Assembly: GCA_013239625.1 (NCBI GenBank)
Contig: MU053482.1
Location: 2,581,168 to 2,645,167, forward strand
Source of the DNA: Lama guanicoe
Lineage: Eukaryota
Direction of reading: 5' to 3'
DNA: 64,000 bases
The first letter of the stretch is position 1. Every line of letters begins with the position of its first letter. Under the pieces are notes generated by a model, which was not told the origin of the DNA, made no database searches, and saw nothing but the letters and a program-made list of their open reading frames with translations. Shown here piece by piece: positions 26,573-37,879 of this stretch. The translations under genes were made by a program, and so were the position numbers.

Positions 26573-27402
26573 CTGCTGTTGTTAAAGGATCAGGAAGTGA
26601 AGGTGATGAGGAGGGAAGGATACTTAAAGAGGAAGAGAGACCACACCAGAATAGTTCTGTGACAGAAAAGACTGTTGTATCAAAGGCCAGCTTGTTCCTT
26701 GCCTACTCTTTATTATGCAATAATTGGAAGCACCCCAAGCTTTTGCTCCTCTTGGTCATGCACAGTGTATTAACCTGGGGCTCTGTAAAAACACAAAAAG
26801 TGTGTGCTAGTGATTGCAACTGGGGCAAATAAGCAGATAGGTGGTCAAGATCTGGAAAGGAATTAGCCAGAATATAATTAGTAGTAGGTTGGGTTAGCGG
26901 TGTTATGGGTCACTTTTTATTTTAAAAATTTTAAATGATTTATCTTTTAAATACTCATTAAGAGAAGAGGGGATACGGGATGGAAAGAATGCTGTACCCT
27001 TGAGACTTGAATTTCTAGGGCATAGTGTAATGGGATATATATGTGTATATATATATATATCTCATAACCCATCCCAGTCCACTAGTCACCATAGAGCTCA
27101 GCTGAATACACCCACAGAATTAGAAAGTCATGGAAGGTCCCTTTGGGGTACCTGGAAGACAATCTAGTCCAATTCTTCCTTTTATAGAAGAGAAAACTGA
27201 GATCGAAAGAGATCAAGTGATTTTCTAGACTAGCACAGCTAATTTGTGGTAGAGCTGAAAGGAGAACTAAAGTTTCTTACGTTTTAGCCAACGGAGGAAG
27301 CAATTTCATCCTTTCTTACTACTGCCTTTCAAACTCATTCTGTCAACTCTCCCTTCCCAGCCCCTTAACCTACCATCTCTGGTCTTCCAGCCAGCCTCTC
27401 AC

Positions 27403-27822
27403 CTAGCTGTCTGGTGAGATAAGACATCAGTCTCTACCCCACAACTCATGGGACTCAGGTCAGACTGTCCCAAGAATTCTCTTGCCAAACTCTGCTCCTG
27501 GTCCTAGCTGCCTCAGGGCATGTCTTCTCTTCAGCACACATCCATCTGAGATGTCAGTCTCCCCTCTTGGCAGGTCCCTAGACTACTTTCCCTTGACCTA
27601 AGATGGAGAAAACCACAGTGCTCTGACGGTTCTCTTCAAAGCAGTCCTCACTTTTTAAATCTCCTCTCTTGATCTCTCTTGACCTTCTTTTCTCACACCA
27701 AAAGTAGGAGTGACAGGCTACAGTTTCAGAACCAATTTGGGGTCCATCCCATGAGCAAGTTATACATAAACGATCTGACACAGCTCCTTATGAGGGTTAC
27801 TTGCCACCAATTATTCTAAGCT
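27403..27822 (-). pseudogene. Fossil exon E (420 bp)
   Basis: Strong acceptor tttccctctttgtttcag| and donor TAG|gtgaga. Phase-0 continuation of exon D: SLE*LVASNPHKELCQIVYV*LAHGMDPKLVLKL*PV. Confidence 0.55.
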
Positions 27823-28417
27823 CTGAAACAAAGAGGGAAATCTCACTTAACATCCTGTTACAATTGCATCTATTTCTTTCCTGATGTCTTTGATTCTTAA
27901 TACATTCTAGCTGAAACTTTTCAACTTGAGTTTTTACTAGATTATGCATTCCAACTAGAAAACATGTACCTCAACATTTTTTAGTTGGTTAGACCCTGTT
28001 GTGGGACCAACTTCTATCTTCCTCCTTCCCCTCAGCTGAGGCTGTTCTATGGCACCTGCAGGCTCAGTGTTGATCTAGTCGTTGGACATAATCCTGTGCA
28101 GTGGCAAGAGGGATTTGTGGCACTTCAGTCCCTCCTTCTAGGGTTTCCTATCAAGGCTGCTCCTAGTCTGAACTTATGTCCTGGTTCTATTAGATCACTA
28201 ACCTTCAGTCTTATTCTTGTGACCCAGCTCTGCTGTGGACTCCAGACCCAGTTCATGGATTTCGGCCTAGTGCCTTAGATCAATCCTGATACCCGCCCAG
28301 TGTCCTGGTCCCCTTGTAACTGGCATGCCTGTTCCTTTCAGTTCACCACTCAAGACTGGAATGTCCCTGAACTTTGGTCCAGTGGCTGGGGTCCTGCTAT
28401 CTACTGATCAGACTTAC

Positions 28418-28738
28418 GTGTTCATCTGAAATCCTGAGAATCTCCTATCTCAGAATTTTTTTGTCTCCCGTTAACGTCTGTCATGTTCTGTTTGGCCCCA
28501 GAAACCAACTGCTTGCCCATGCGGCTGCTTGTAATTTGTTCCTGTGCCATCCAGTGGCAGTTCTGGCCTGCCCAGTACTATTACAGTTGACACTATGTCC
28601 CCTTATGGTATCAGATCCCAGTCTCTTCCTCTTAGTTGGCTCTAGGCCATCATAGGATTCAAGCCAGGCAAGAATCATTTCCCATGAGTAGAATGTTTTA
28701 TTATATAACTGCTCTGAAGAGCAGTGCAACCCTTGGGA
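28418..28738 (-). pseudogene. Fossil exon D (321 bp) with GPY/F-like motif
   Basis: Acceptor ttcttctcctggtttag| and donor CAC|gtaagt. One frame of 107 codons with only two stops (TGA, TAG), containing WFLGPNRT. Confidence 0.6.
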
Positions 28739-28849
28739 CTAAACCAGGAGAAGAACAGCTTTGTGTTGGGAGCCATCTGAGGACAGATCATGGAGTCTCC
28801 TGCAGTCTCTACTCAGGCACAGTCAACCTGGGTCAGAGACTGCTGAGTC

Positions 28850-29370
28850 CTGTATTAGTGAATGTGTGTGTAATGGACATTTATTTGGCCTGCCCAGCAC
28901 CCTTTCTGGTCTGGTACCATATTTTTCCTTTCCCATTCTCAATCCATAGAGCTCTGGTAGGGTTGACCCAAACCCCAGCTTTATCCTTGGCCAGTCAGAG
29001 CAACACGACACTCCTTGAACACAGTGATTATTTCAGGGATGTGCATGGGCGCCAAGCTCAGCCAAAGGCAGTCTTAACTGAGAATGTTATTGGACCTGTC
29101 AGAAAAGAGGTGCTTTCTGCTGGGGTTATTAAGTTGATAGAATGTAACCTGTAGCTGCTGGGGGCCATTTTTGACACACATGGGGAGAGACTGCCTGGTA
29201 AGGAAGTCAACTTAGAGGAAAGCAAAACTGAAAGAGAAAGGCCAACTTGTTACAACACTGATCCAATTGTAAAGCCAGCAAACCACCAATGGACTCCTTG
29301 GTTTATAAACCAATAGATTTACTTTTATTGTGTAAGTCGGTATGAGTTGGTTTTCTATTACTTGAAACTA
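28850..29370 (+). mobile_element. Old MaLR (MLT1-type) LTR
   Basis: ctgtagctgctgggggccattttt...tgagttggttttctattacttgaaac end typical of MLT1. Confidence 0.55.
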
Positions 29371-29579
29371 GTCCAGCTGGCAAGAAAGACCAACTGGTAT
29401 TTTCTGCTTTACCAGCTGGATAAACCTCCAGGGAGGAAATATGACAAAGAAAAGCAAGTTGAAAAAAAAGTGTTAAAAAATGTATTCTTTCATTCATTTA
29501 GAAAAAAAGCATAATACAATGAAAACAAAACAAGCTTCAGAGCCTATCAGAGCTCTATTCAAATCTTTCTTTTTCTTTT

Positions 29580-30185
29580 TCTTCTAGTTTTATTGATATG
29601 CAATTAACATACAGCACTGTATAAGTTTAAGATGTGCAGCATAATGATCTGAATTACATCATGAAGTGATTATCGTAAGTTTAGTGAATATCCATCATCT
29701 CATATAGATACAAAATTAAAGAAAGAAAAAGTCTTTTTTATGATGAGAACTCTTAGGACTTACTCTCTTAACAACTTTCATATATAACACACAGCAGTGT
29801 TAATTATATTTATCATGTTGTACATTATATCCCTAGTACTTATTTATCTCAAAGCTGGATTTTGTACCTTTTGACTACCTTCATCCAATTCCTCCTGCCC
29901 CTACTCCCTCCACCCCCATAAACCACAAATCTGATCTCTTTTTCTATGAATTTGTTTTTGAAGTATAATTGACCTACAGCACTATGTTAGTTCCTGTTAT
30001 GCAACATAGTGATTTGGTACTTTTATACGTTTCAAAAGGATCATCAAAATAGGTTTAGTTACAATCTATCACCACACAAAGATAATACATAATTATTGAC
30101 TATATTCCTCACACTGTATGTTTCATACCTGTGACTCATTTATTTTGCAACTGAAAGTCTGTACCTCTTAATCTCCCTCACCTAT
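29580..30185 (-). mobile_element. L1 3' UTR fragment
   Basis: ttattgatatgcaattaacatacagcactg...gatgagaactcttaggacttactctc. Confidence 0.8.
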
Positions 30186-30357
30186 ACACTGGGAATGTTA
30201 ATTAATATATCTGAGCCTCCGTTTCTTCTTTTATAAAATTACCCTTGTCCTGGGGTTATTATGAGGAATAATGTATATGGTGCCTGGTACTAAAAGCCTT
30301 TCAATACTTGGTAGTTATTTTAATTATCAAACACCTTGACCTGCAAAGGAGTTTTGG

Positions 30358-30805
30358 TGATGTGGGGCCAACTGACATCCTTCCAAGCCCAACGACCCCC
30401 ATTTTTGGGCTCTCAGATGTCTGCCTGTGATCCCTCAACAGATAAAGTACATTTTTTACTAGTCGTGTTGGCCCTAACAAACTAATAGCCCTAGGTAATG
30501 CCTAATCTCACAATAGCTCAGGCTGGCTTGTTTCAGCCCACCTTATTGGAGTCATAAACCCCACCCTAAACCTCTTACGTCACGTACAACCAATCAGAGC
30601 CTTGTGCACAAGCCCATCAGGCACCTTGTGACCCTACCTTATAAAAGACCCCAACAACCGGCCCTTGGTGCTCACACAGGGACCTCTCTTCTGTTGTCTA
30701 TGGCAGTCTACGCTAATAAACTCCTTTACTGTTCTCCTTCATCTCTGGTAAATTCTTTTACCAACCTGCATCACTGTGCCACCAGCCCGCCCTGTGTCCA
30801 CAACA
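30358..30805 (+). mobile_element. Solo ERV LTR (about 450 bp)
   Basis: TGATGTGG...CCACAACA imperfect inverted termini. CCAAT near 30590, TATAAAA near 30640, AATAAA at 30715. Confidence 0.75.
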
Positions 30806-31062
30806 GGCTAGTGTATTTTAGAGGGATTTAAAAAACAAAAACAAAAGTGAAAACACTTGGTCACTACCCGCCCCAGAGATTCAAAATCTAAGTAGAGGAA
30901 GAGACAATGTTAGAGAGAGAGAGAGCAAGAGAGAGAGAAAATAAGCTGTCATGTGACTGGTAGAAACTTGATAATTGAAGAAGGAGATAATTTCCTCTAG
31001 GGCAAACGAAAAAGGCTTCGTGGAAGAAGTGGAATCTGGGCCCTAGAATGAATGGAATTTTT

Positions 31063-32371
31063 TTTTAAATTGAGTTATAGTCAGTTTACCATGTTGTGTC
31101 AATTTCTGGTGTACAGCATAATTCTTCAGTCATACATGAATATACATATATTTGTTTTCATATTCTTTTTCACCATGAGCTATTAGAAGATCTTGAATAT
31201 ATTTCCCTGTGCTATACAGTATAAACTTGTTTATCTATTCTATATATACCTGTCAGTATCTACAAATCTTGAACTCCCAGTCTGTCCCTTCCCACCCCCT
31301 CCCCCCTGGCAACCACAAGTTTGTAATGTATGTCTTTGAGTCGGTTTCTTTTTTATATTTAAGTTCATTTGTCGTCTTTTTTTTTTTTTAAGATTCCACA
31401 TGTGAGTAATATCATATGGTATTTTTCTTTCTCCTTCTGGCTTACTTCACTTAGAATGACATTGTCCAGGGACATCCATGTTGCTGCAAATGGCATTGTG
31501 TTGTCATTTTTATGGCTGAATAGTATTCCATTGTATAAATATACCATAACTTCTTTATACAGTCATCTGTCGATGGACATTTAGCTTGTTTCCATGTCTT
31601 GGCTATTATAAATAGTGCTGTTATGAACATTGGGGTGCAGGTGTCTTTTTGAAGTAGGGTTCCTTCTGGACATATGCCCAGGAATGGGATTGCTGGGTCA
31701 TATGGTAAGTCTATTTTTAGTCTTTTGAGGAATCTCCATACTGTTTTCCACAGTGGCTGCACCAAACTGCATTCCCACCAACAGTGTAAGAGGGTTCCCT
31801 TTTCTCCACACTGTCTCTAGCATTTATCATTTGTGGACTTTTGAATGATGGCCATTCTGACTGGTGTGAGATGATACCTTATTGTAGTTTTGATTTGCAT
31901 TTCTCTGATAATTAGTGATATTGAGCATTTTTTCATGTGCCTGTTGGTCATTCGTATGTCTTCATTGGCGAATTGCTTGTTTAGGTCTTCTGCCCATTTT
32001 TGGATTGGGTTGTTTGGTTTTTTCCTATTAGGTCGTATGAGCTGCTTATATATTCTAGAGATCAAGCCTTTGTCAGTTTCATCTTTTGAAAATATTTTCT
32101 CCCATTCCGTAGGTTGTTGTTTTGTTTTGCTTATGGTTTCCTTTGCTGTGCAAAAGCTTGTAAGTTTAATTAGGTCCCATTTGTTTATTTTTGCTTTTAT
32201 TTCTATTTCTTGGGTAGACTGCCCTAGGAGAACATTGCTATGATGTATGTGAGATAATGTTTTGCCTATGTTTTCTTCTAGGAGGTTTCTTGTGTCTTGT
32301 CTTATGTTTAAGTCTTTGATTCATTTTGAGTTTTTTTTTGTGTATGGTGTGAGGGAGTATTCTAGCTTCAT
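31063..32371 (-). mobile_element. Young 5'-truncated L1 (ORF2 C-terminus + 3' UTR)
   Basis: ORF2 peptides ([27 protein letters not shown]). TSD TGAATGGAATTTTT at 31049-31062 and 32372-32385. Confidence 0.95.
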
Positions 32372-32686
32372 TGAATGGAATTTTTGATAAGCAGTGATTG
32401 GGAGGAAGAGCATCTCAGAAAAATAAAGAATAGGGGGAATGAGGAAATGCATGGCTAAGCTTATAAGGGATTACAGAGCATATCAACTTGGCTGGAGTTT
32501 GAATCTATACAGGAGAAGGCTCTAAAGCTACAGAAGTTAGCTGCTGCCAGACCTGCTGCTAAGGCATTTGGCTTCCACTGTATTCTCAGGGAATAGAACC
32601 TTTAAATAGAACCAGGCAATGGGAAACTTTGAATGCTTTAGGATAGTGTTTGTACAAGATGAAAGTTATGATTGATCAGAAATCAC

Positions 32687-32897
32687 TTGGATCTTCTCTC
32701 AAACTGTACACTGTACACTTCAACCAGCTGTCCCTAGAATTCCTGCCTCATTGAACCACTGTAACTGAGAAGAGCCTGTTGTAACTCTCAGCCATGTGTG
32801 AGAACATGAACAATGGTTGGGAAACGTCATCCCAGAGACAGAAACACTATTTCAGAGACTATTGTGTGTGGTCAAAAGGGCACCTGGATCAATAAAG
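32687..32897 (-). pseudogene. Fossil exon C: end of integrase core
   Basis: Acceptor tttttttaaacag| at 32897. WDD at 32834-32826 is in frame with GRN at 32747-32739. An overlapping frame gives TTGSS. Confidence 0.65.
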
Positions 32898-33579
32898 CTG
32901 TTTAAAAAAATTTTTTTTAAACAATGTGGGAAGGACCTGTATTTATCCCTCACTTGGACTCATACAGCCATTTCCTAACTGCTTTTTCTGCCTCTAGTAC
33001 TTACTCCGTTTTAAACTATTTTATATTTCATAACGAGATCAATCTTCCTGTCCTGATCCTGTCATCCCAACTCCGAAACCTATACTGAAGACACTATCTA
33101 CAGAACAGACTGAAATTCTTTGTTTTCCCGTAGAAGACTCCTTTTGAATGAGGCTGAAACCACCTTTTAGAGCTTGCTTCCTACTATTTGTCATCAGGTA
33201 TCTTCTGGTCCAGCCAAGCAACCACTCAAGACTCCCTTGCTTTCCTGTCTCCATGCCTCTTTCATGCTGCTCATTCTGCTTACCACTCCACATCCCCTTC
33301 TCATCTGTCTTCATCTTCCCCATCCTTGAAGGCTTAGTTCAGTTGCCTTTCCTGAACCACTTTCTCTCATGCCCTGCCTTTGATATCTCTCTATTCTTAA
33401 TGCCCAGAGACCTTTACCTTTATCTCTCTTTATTCATGCATAATTTGCTTTAAAAAAAAACTCTGCAGATTATTTATTTTTTAAAAAATCAAAAACTTAC
33501 AGTGTAATACATAAAAGTCACACATATTCCCATGATCCAGAATCACCAATTTTTGAGCTTCATATCTGCATTAATACTA

Positions 33580-34256
33580 CTTTTTTAAAAACTGAAGTAT
33601 AGTTGATTTACAATATCACAGCAAAGTGATTGTTATACACGTACATGTATGTATGTATGTGTATTCTTTTTCAGATTCTTTTCCATTATAGGTTGTTACA
33701 AGATATGCATTCATATTCTTTTTTTTTAATTGAAGTATAGTTGATTTACAATGTTGTGTTAGTTTCTGGTGTATAGCATAGTGATTCAGTTATATACATA
33801 TGTATATATATTCTTTTTCATTATAGGTTATTACAAGTTACTGAATTTAGTTCCCTGTACTACACAGTAGGACCTTGTTGTTTATCTATTTTGTATATAG
33901 TAGTTTATCTCTGCTAATCCCAGACTCCCAATTTATACCTTCCCCTCTTTCTCCTTTGGTAATCATAAACTTGTTTTCTATGTCTGTGAGTGTTTCTGTT
34001 TTGTAAACGAGTTCATTTGTGCCATTTTTTAAGATTCCACATTTAAATGATATTATTGATATTTGACTTTACTTCACTTAGTATGATAATCTCTAGGTCC
34101 ATCCATGTTGCTGCAAAAGGCATTATTTCCTTCTTTTTTATGGCGGAGTAGTATTCCATTGTGTATATATACCACATCTTCTTTATCCAATCATCTGTCA
34201 GTGGACATTTAGGTTGCTTCCTATGGCTATTGAAAATAGTACTGCTATGAACATTG
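33580..34256 (-). mobile_element. Two stacked L1 3' ends
   Basis: Repeated tgaagtatagttgatttacaat starts at about 33593 and 33731. TSD gcat(t)catattctt around the second. Confidence 0.85.
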
Positions 34257-35065
34257 GCATCATATTCTTAAAAAGATGAAACATTATAGATAAAATTAAG
34301 TCTCCTTTAACCACATACTCTCCCACTCAGTTCCATTTCTGCTCTCAGTGTCCAGTGGCAACTGCCACTGTGAGTTTGGTGTGTATCCTTCCATTCCATT
34401 CCCTATAATTTTATTTCCGTATAGGTATCCATCACCAATGGATTGTGATGTTGTGTGTGTTCTTACATTTACATTAATGGTATCATGAGGTATGTTAACA
34501 TTTTGCATATCACTTTTATCACCCAAAACTGTTTTTGAGACCAGTTCAGGTTGACATATGAAATATACTACATTTTATTTATCCATTCCTCTTTGGTAAA
34601 AATTTAGGCTGCTTCCACCTATTTGCTTTTACAAACAATGGTGCAGAAGACATCCTCTTACTTATTTGTACACATGAGTGAGAATTTCTTTGGGATACAT
34701 ATCCAGTGGTATTCACTAACTTATAGAGTATGTACATTTTAAAAAATGTTTAATTGTGGTTAAATACACCATAACATAAAATTTACCATCTTAACCATTT
34801 TTAAGTGTACAGTTCAGTAGTGTTAAATGCATTCACATTGTTGTGCAACCAATCTCCAGAACTCTCTTCATTTTGTAAGACTGAAACTCTAAGAGTGTAT
34901 ACATTTTTAACACTTTATTAAGTGTATAATTTATTTCTTCTACTAAACTGTGAGCTTTATAAATGTGTGATCAATAACTCATTAATTTCTACATCTAGCA
35001 AAGGGCCTTGTACAATAGTTTAACAGGTAGATGCATGACAAATGTTTGTTGAGTGAATAAGAGAA

Positions 35066-35251
35066 CCAATCAATTGAAAGGAATAATATAATTTTCCAAT
35101 TATAGTGAGATAAAATTTCCTCATTTTCCAGATGAAGTACTGGAACTCAACTCTAGTAACCTCACCTATTTGGAGCACAGCCTGTAAGCCAAAAAAGGGA
35201 CAGCCATGACCTCTGACTAGACAAAAGAGCTGACCAAAAAAAAAAAAAGCT
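35066..35251 (-). pseudogene. Fossil exon B: start of integrase catalytic core
   Basis: Acceptor ctttag|AG. With T-run frameshifts corrected it reads (E)LFGQLFCLVRGHGCPFLAYRLCSK*VRLLELSSSTSS/LENEEILSHYNWKIILFLSIDW. Confidence 0.65.
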
Positions 35252-36024
35252 CTAAAGCATATGTGTACTTTAGGAGATCCCTCTGTAACTTTTATTTGGA
35301 GTCTACTAACTATTTTAAAATTTTTATTATAAAATATGACATGTTTGGTGCCAAAATTAGGAGATTACAAAAAAATATACAAAATAGGCATTTTGTTTGT
35401 TGCAGATAGATGTGCTGGTCAGAGTCCCGCTCAGAAAAGGACTTATTTTGATGTCTTACTGCCCAGCTGCAGAAAGTGTTGGTCAGCTGACAGTCTTCAG
35501 CTGTTAACCTCCTTCTCATCCTTAGCTTTCCAGCCAAGGTCACACTCTTCTCAGAGTGGCTACAACCAATGATTGTGGAGGGTGGTGGTACAAAGCTCTG
35601 GCTATTTCCGCCCAGCATAGGACACCCCCAATAAGGCAATCTTTACTCCAAAGTTCCCTAGTGGGATGGCAGAGATACTGTATCCCATCTAACCACTCCA
35701 TCTACCCAATCCTGCTTCCTTCCCTTTCTTTTCACACGTGTAGCTTCCCAACAAACTTTTTCACTTCTAACTTCAACTCAGCATTTGCTTCCTAGAGAGT
35801 CCAATGGACACACTCTTAACTTTATAATCGTAATTCCCAGAGATAAACACCATAGCCATTCTGAAGTACTTTCTTCCAGTTTGTTTTCTATGAATATATG
35901 TACTTTTGCGTTTTATTTTCACTCATTTAAAATTAGCATTTTACTATGTAATTAAGTAATTCTTAAGAACATGATTTTAAAAATCATATGAATGCACTAT
36001 TACAGTTCGACTGCACAGGTATGT

Positions 36025-36112
36025 ATTTATTTATATTGTGGTAATGGGGATTGAACCCAGGACCTCATTCATGCTAAGCACATACTCTTCCACTGAGCTA
36101 TACCCTCCCCCC
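36025..36112 (-). mobile_element. Vic-1-like SINE
   Basis: ggggattgaacccaggacctc...cactgagctataccctccccc. Confidence 0.9.
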
Positions 36113-36615
36113 AACCTCCATGTATTTTTAAAAAATGGGTTTATGCTGCTATTTCCTGGTGTATCTGCCTTAAACATGCTCTATTGACTTTCTGTTGTGG
36201 TAGATGAAGACATAGCACCCTTACAAATACACCACATACCCAACTCCATTTCTCCTTTCCCATCCTCCCAAAGTAGTTAAATCAGAGTTTTGGCTTACAA
36301 TAATAATCAGTGTTTACATTGTGATCAATATGTATAATTTTCAGAGTCAAAAAGTGAACTATGACTCCTTTCTTGTAAAACTCTAGGAATAAGAGAGCTC
36401 AGTTTACTTCATCTGTACTAATACTGGGTAATGACTTTTTTAAAAAGTTGCTTTTTCTGGTATTAAAAGTAAAACATGTTCACGATGAAAATTTTAATTC
36501 AGAAACATAAAGAGGAAGAATTTGAAATCAACTGTAATCACAGTCCCTGTATGAAGTGCTGCTCTTGCCACCTCTTTGATCCCTTTCATGTCTCCAAGTA
36601 TCCAATCAATGCTAC

Positions 36616-37135
36616 CTGGGCTATCTGCAGAGTGTCACTAAGGTGTCCTTGACCCTGGAGGTCCCTTGGAGCATCCAATCTCTGTCACTGTCATCTTGAG
36701 TCTGTCTCTCTCAACTTGCAGATCTCCGCTGCCTACCTCTCTCTGGTCAGGAGGCAAATGCCTGTCCCTTTCTCATGCAAAGCTCTTTTTAGTGGGGATC
36801 CCCACAGCAGTGTGTGCTGAGTTCCTAACAATTCAGTTCTTTCAGTGTGCCACCCAGAACAGTACCTGGGCTCCTAATGAGTCAGTTATTTCCATTTTAG
36901 TACACAGCCTTCTCCTTTCTAGGACTAAGTGGGAGCAGGTTCAAACACAGCTTTAGAAAATCTTCACAAACATCCTTCTCCAGCATTCAGGCCCTGTGGC
37001 CAACCCTCTGTGTGAGCTCCTTCCTCAGTAGGAGACTTTTCCCTTAAGGAATTCATGATTCCTTCCCACAGCCTGTATTTCATCAGGCAATGTTCATTTA
37101 TAAACCGAAATTTTATTTTCCATTGTACTTTTGGC
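36616..37135 (-). pseudogene. Fossil exon A: start codon, GIN1-like N-terminus and zinc-binding region
   Basis: acaATGG at 37123 reads MENKISVYK*TLPDEIQAVGRNHEFLKGKVSY*GR... It ends ...TP*/DTLQI near donor CAG|gtagca at 36615. Confidence 0.6.
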
Positions 37136-37879
37136 CTCAAGAAAATCAAGGGAAGGGGCTAGATGTTTCAAGCATTCTGAAACAACATTCCAGAGCCCAA
37201 GATGAGGTCCAGGTTCTACACAACCAGAACACTGTATACACTATCAGAGTGCTGGTAAACTCCATCAAGCCACTGCCCCCCCCCCATGTTACTTCATGTG
37301 TGAAACCTTTCCTCTTCCTTCTCTATTCACTTAGTTGCTTCCTCTCTTAATCACATTTAGATCAGAGTACTTATTACATAGTGTTATAAGTTTATCTTCC
37401 TGCCCTGCTCCACCAGCTCTGGGAGGGCAGAAATCTGTGTCCAACAAAGTAGAATTAAGAGTAAGCATAAATATTTGTATGAGCCAGGCAACACTGTAGT
37501 GTTTAAATACCAGGAAAGGGACTTTCTACTTAAACCAAAAGACGGCAGGAAAGTGTTCCATTTTCTAGAAGCAGGGCAACAACAGCTCGAAGAAGAATGT
37601 AGTGTGCCTTACAAATGTACCAGGTCATTGTGTGAGAGTCGGGTGGGAATGCGGCAAAACCAGTTGTGAAATCACCGCGGTGACCCTGCACTATATTAAG
37701 AAGTGCAAGATGGTTGCGGAGAGGAAAAACTACATCCAAAATGTATTTAAAAGGACATAACGAAAAGCGAGATTTGCTGAGTTCCTGCTATTTGCTAGGC
37801 TGGGGCAACAGCACCAAAGTGGGTATGGACTCACCCCCCGTTTCACCCATTGTCCCAAGTAACATTTGGCCAGACTGAG

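Noticed and set aside
21107..28738. MULE/ZSWIM-like reading of exons D, E and G (e.g. TFYSWE, FTLYQF)
   Set aside because: Short and weak resemblance. The G frame needed has a stop, and the integrase reading is supported by more colinear motifs.
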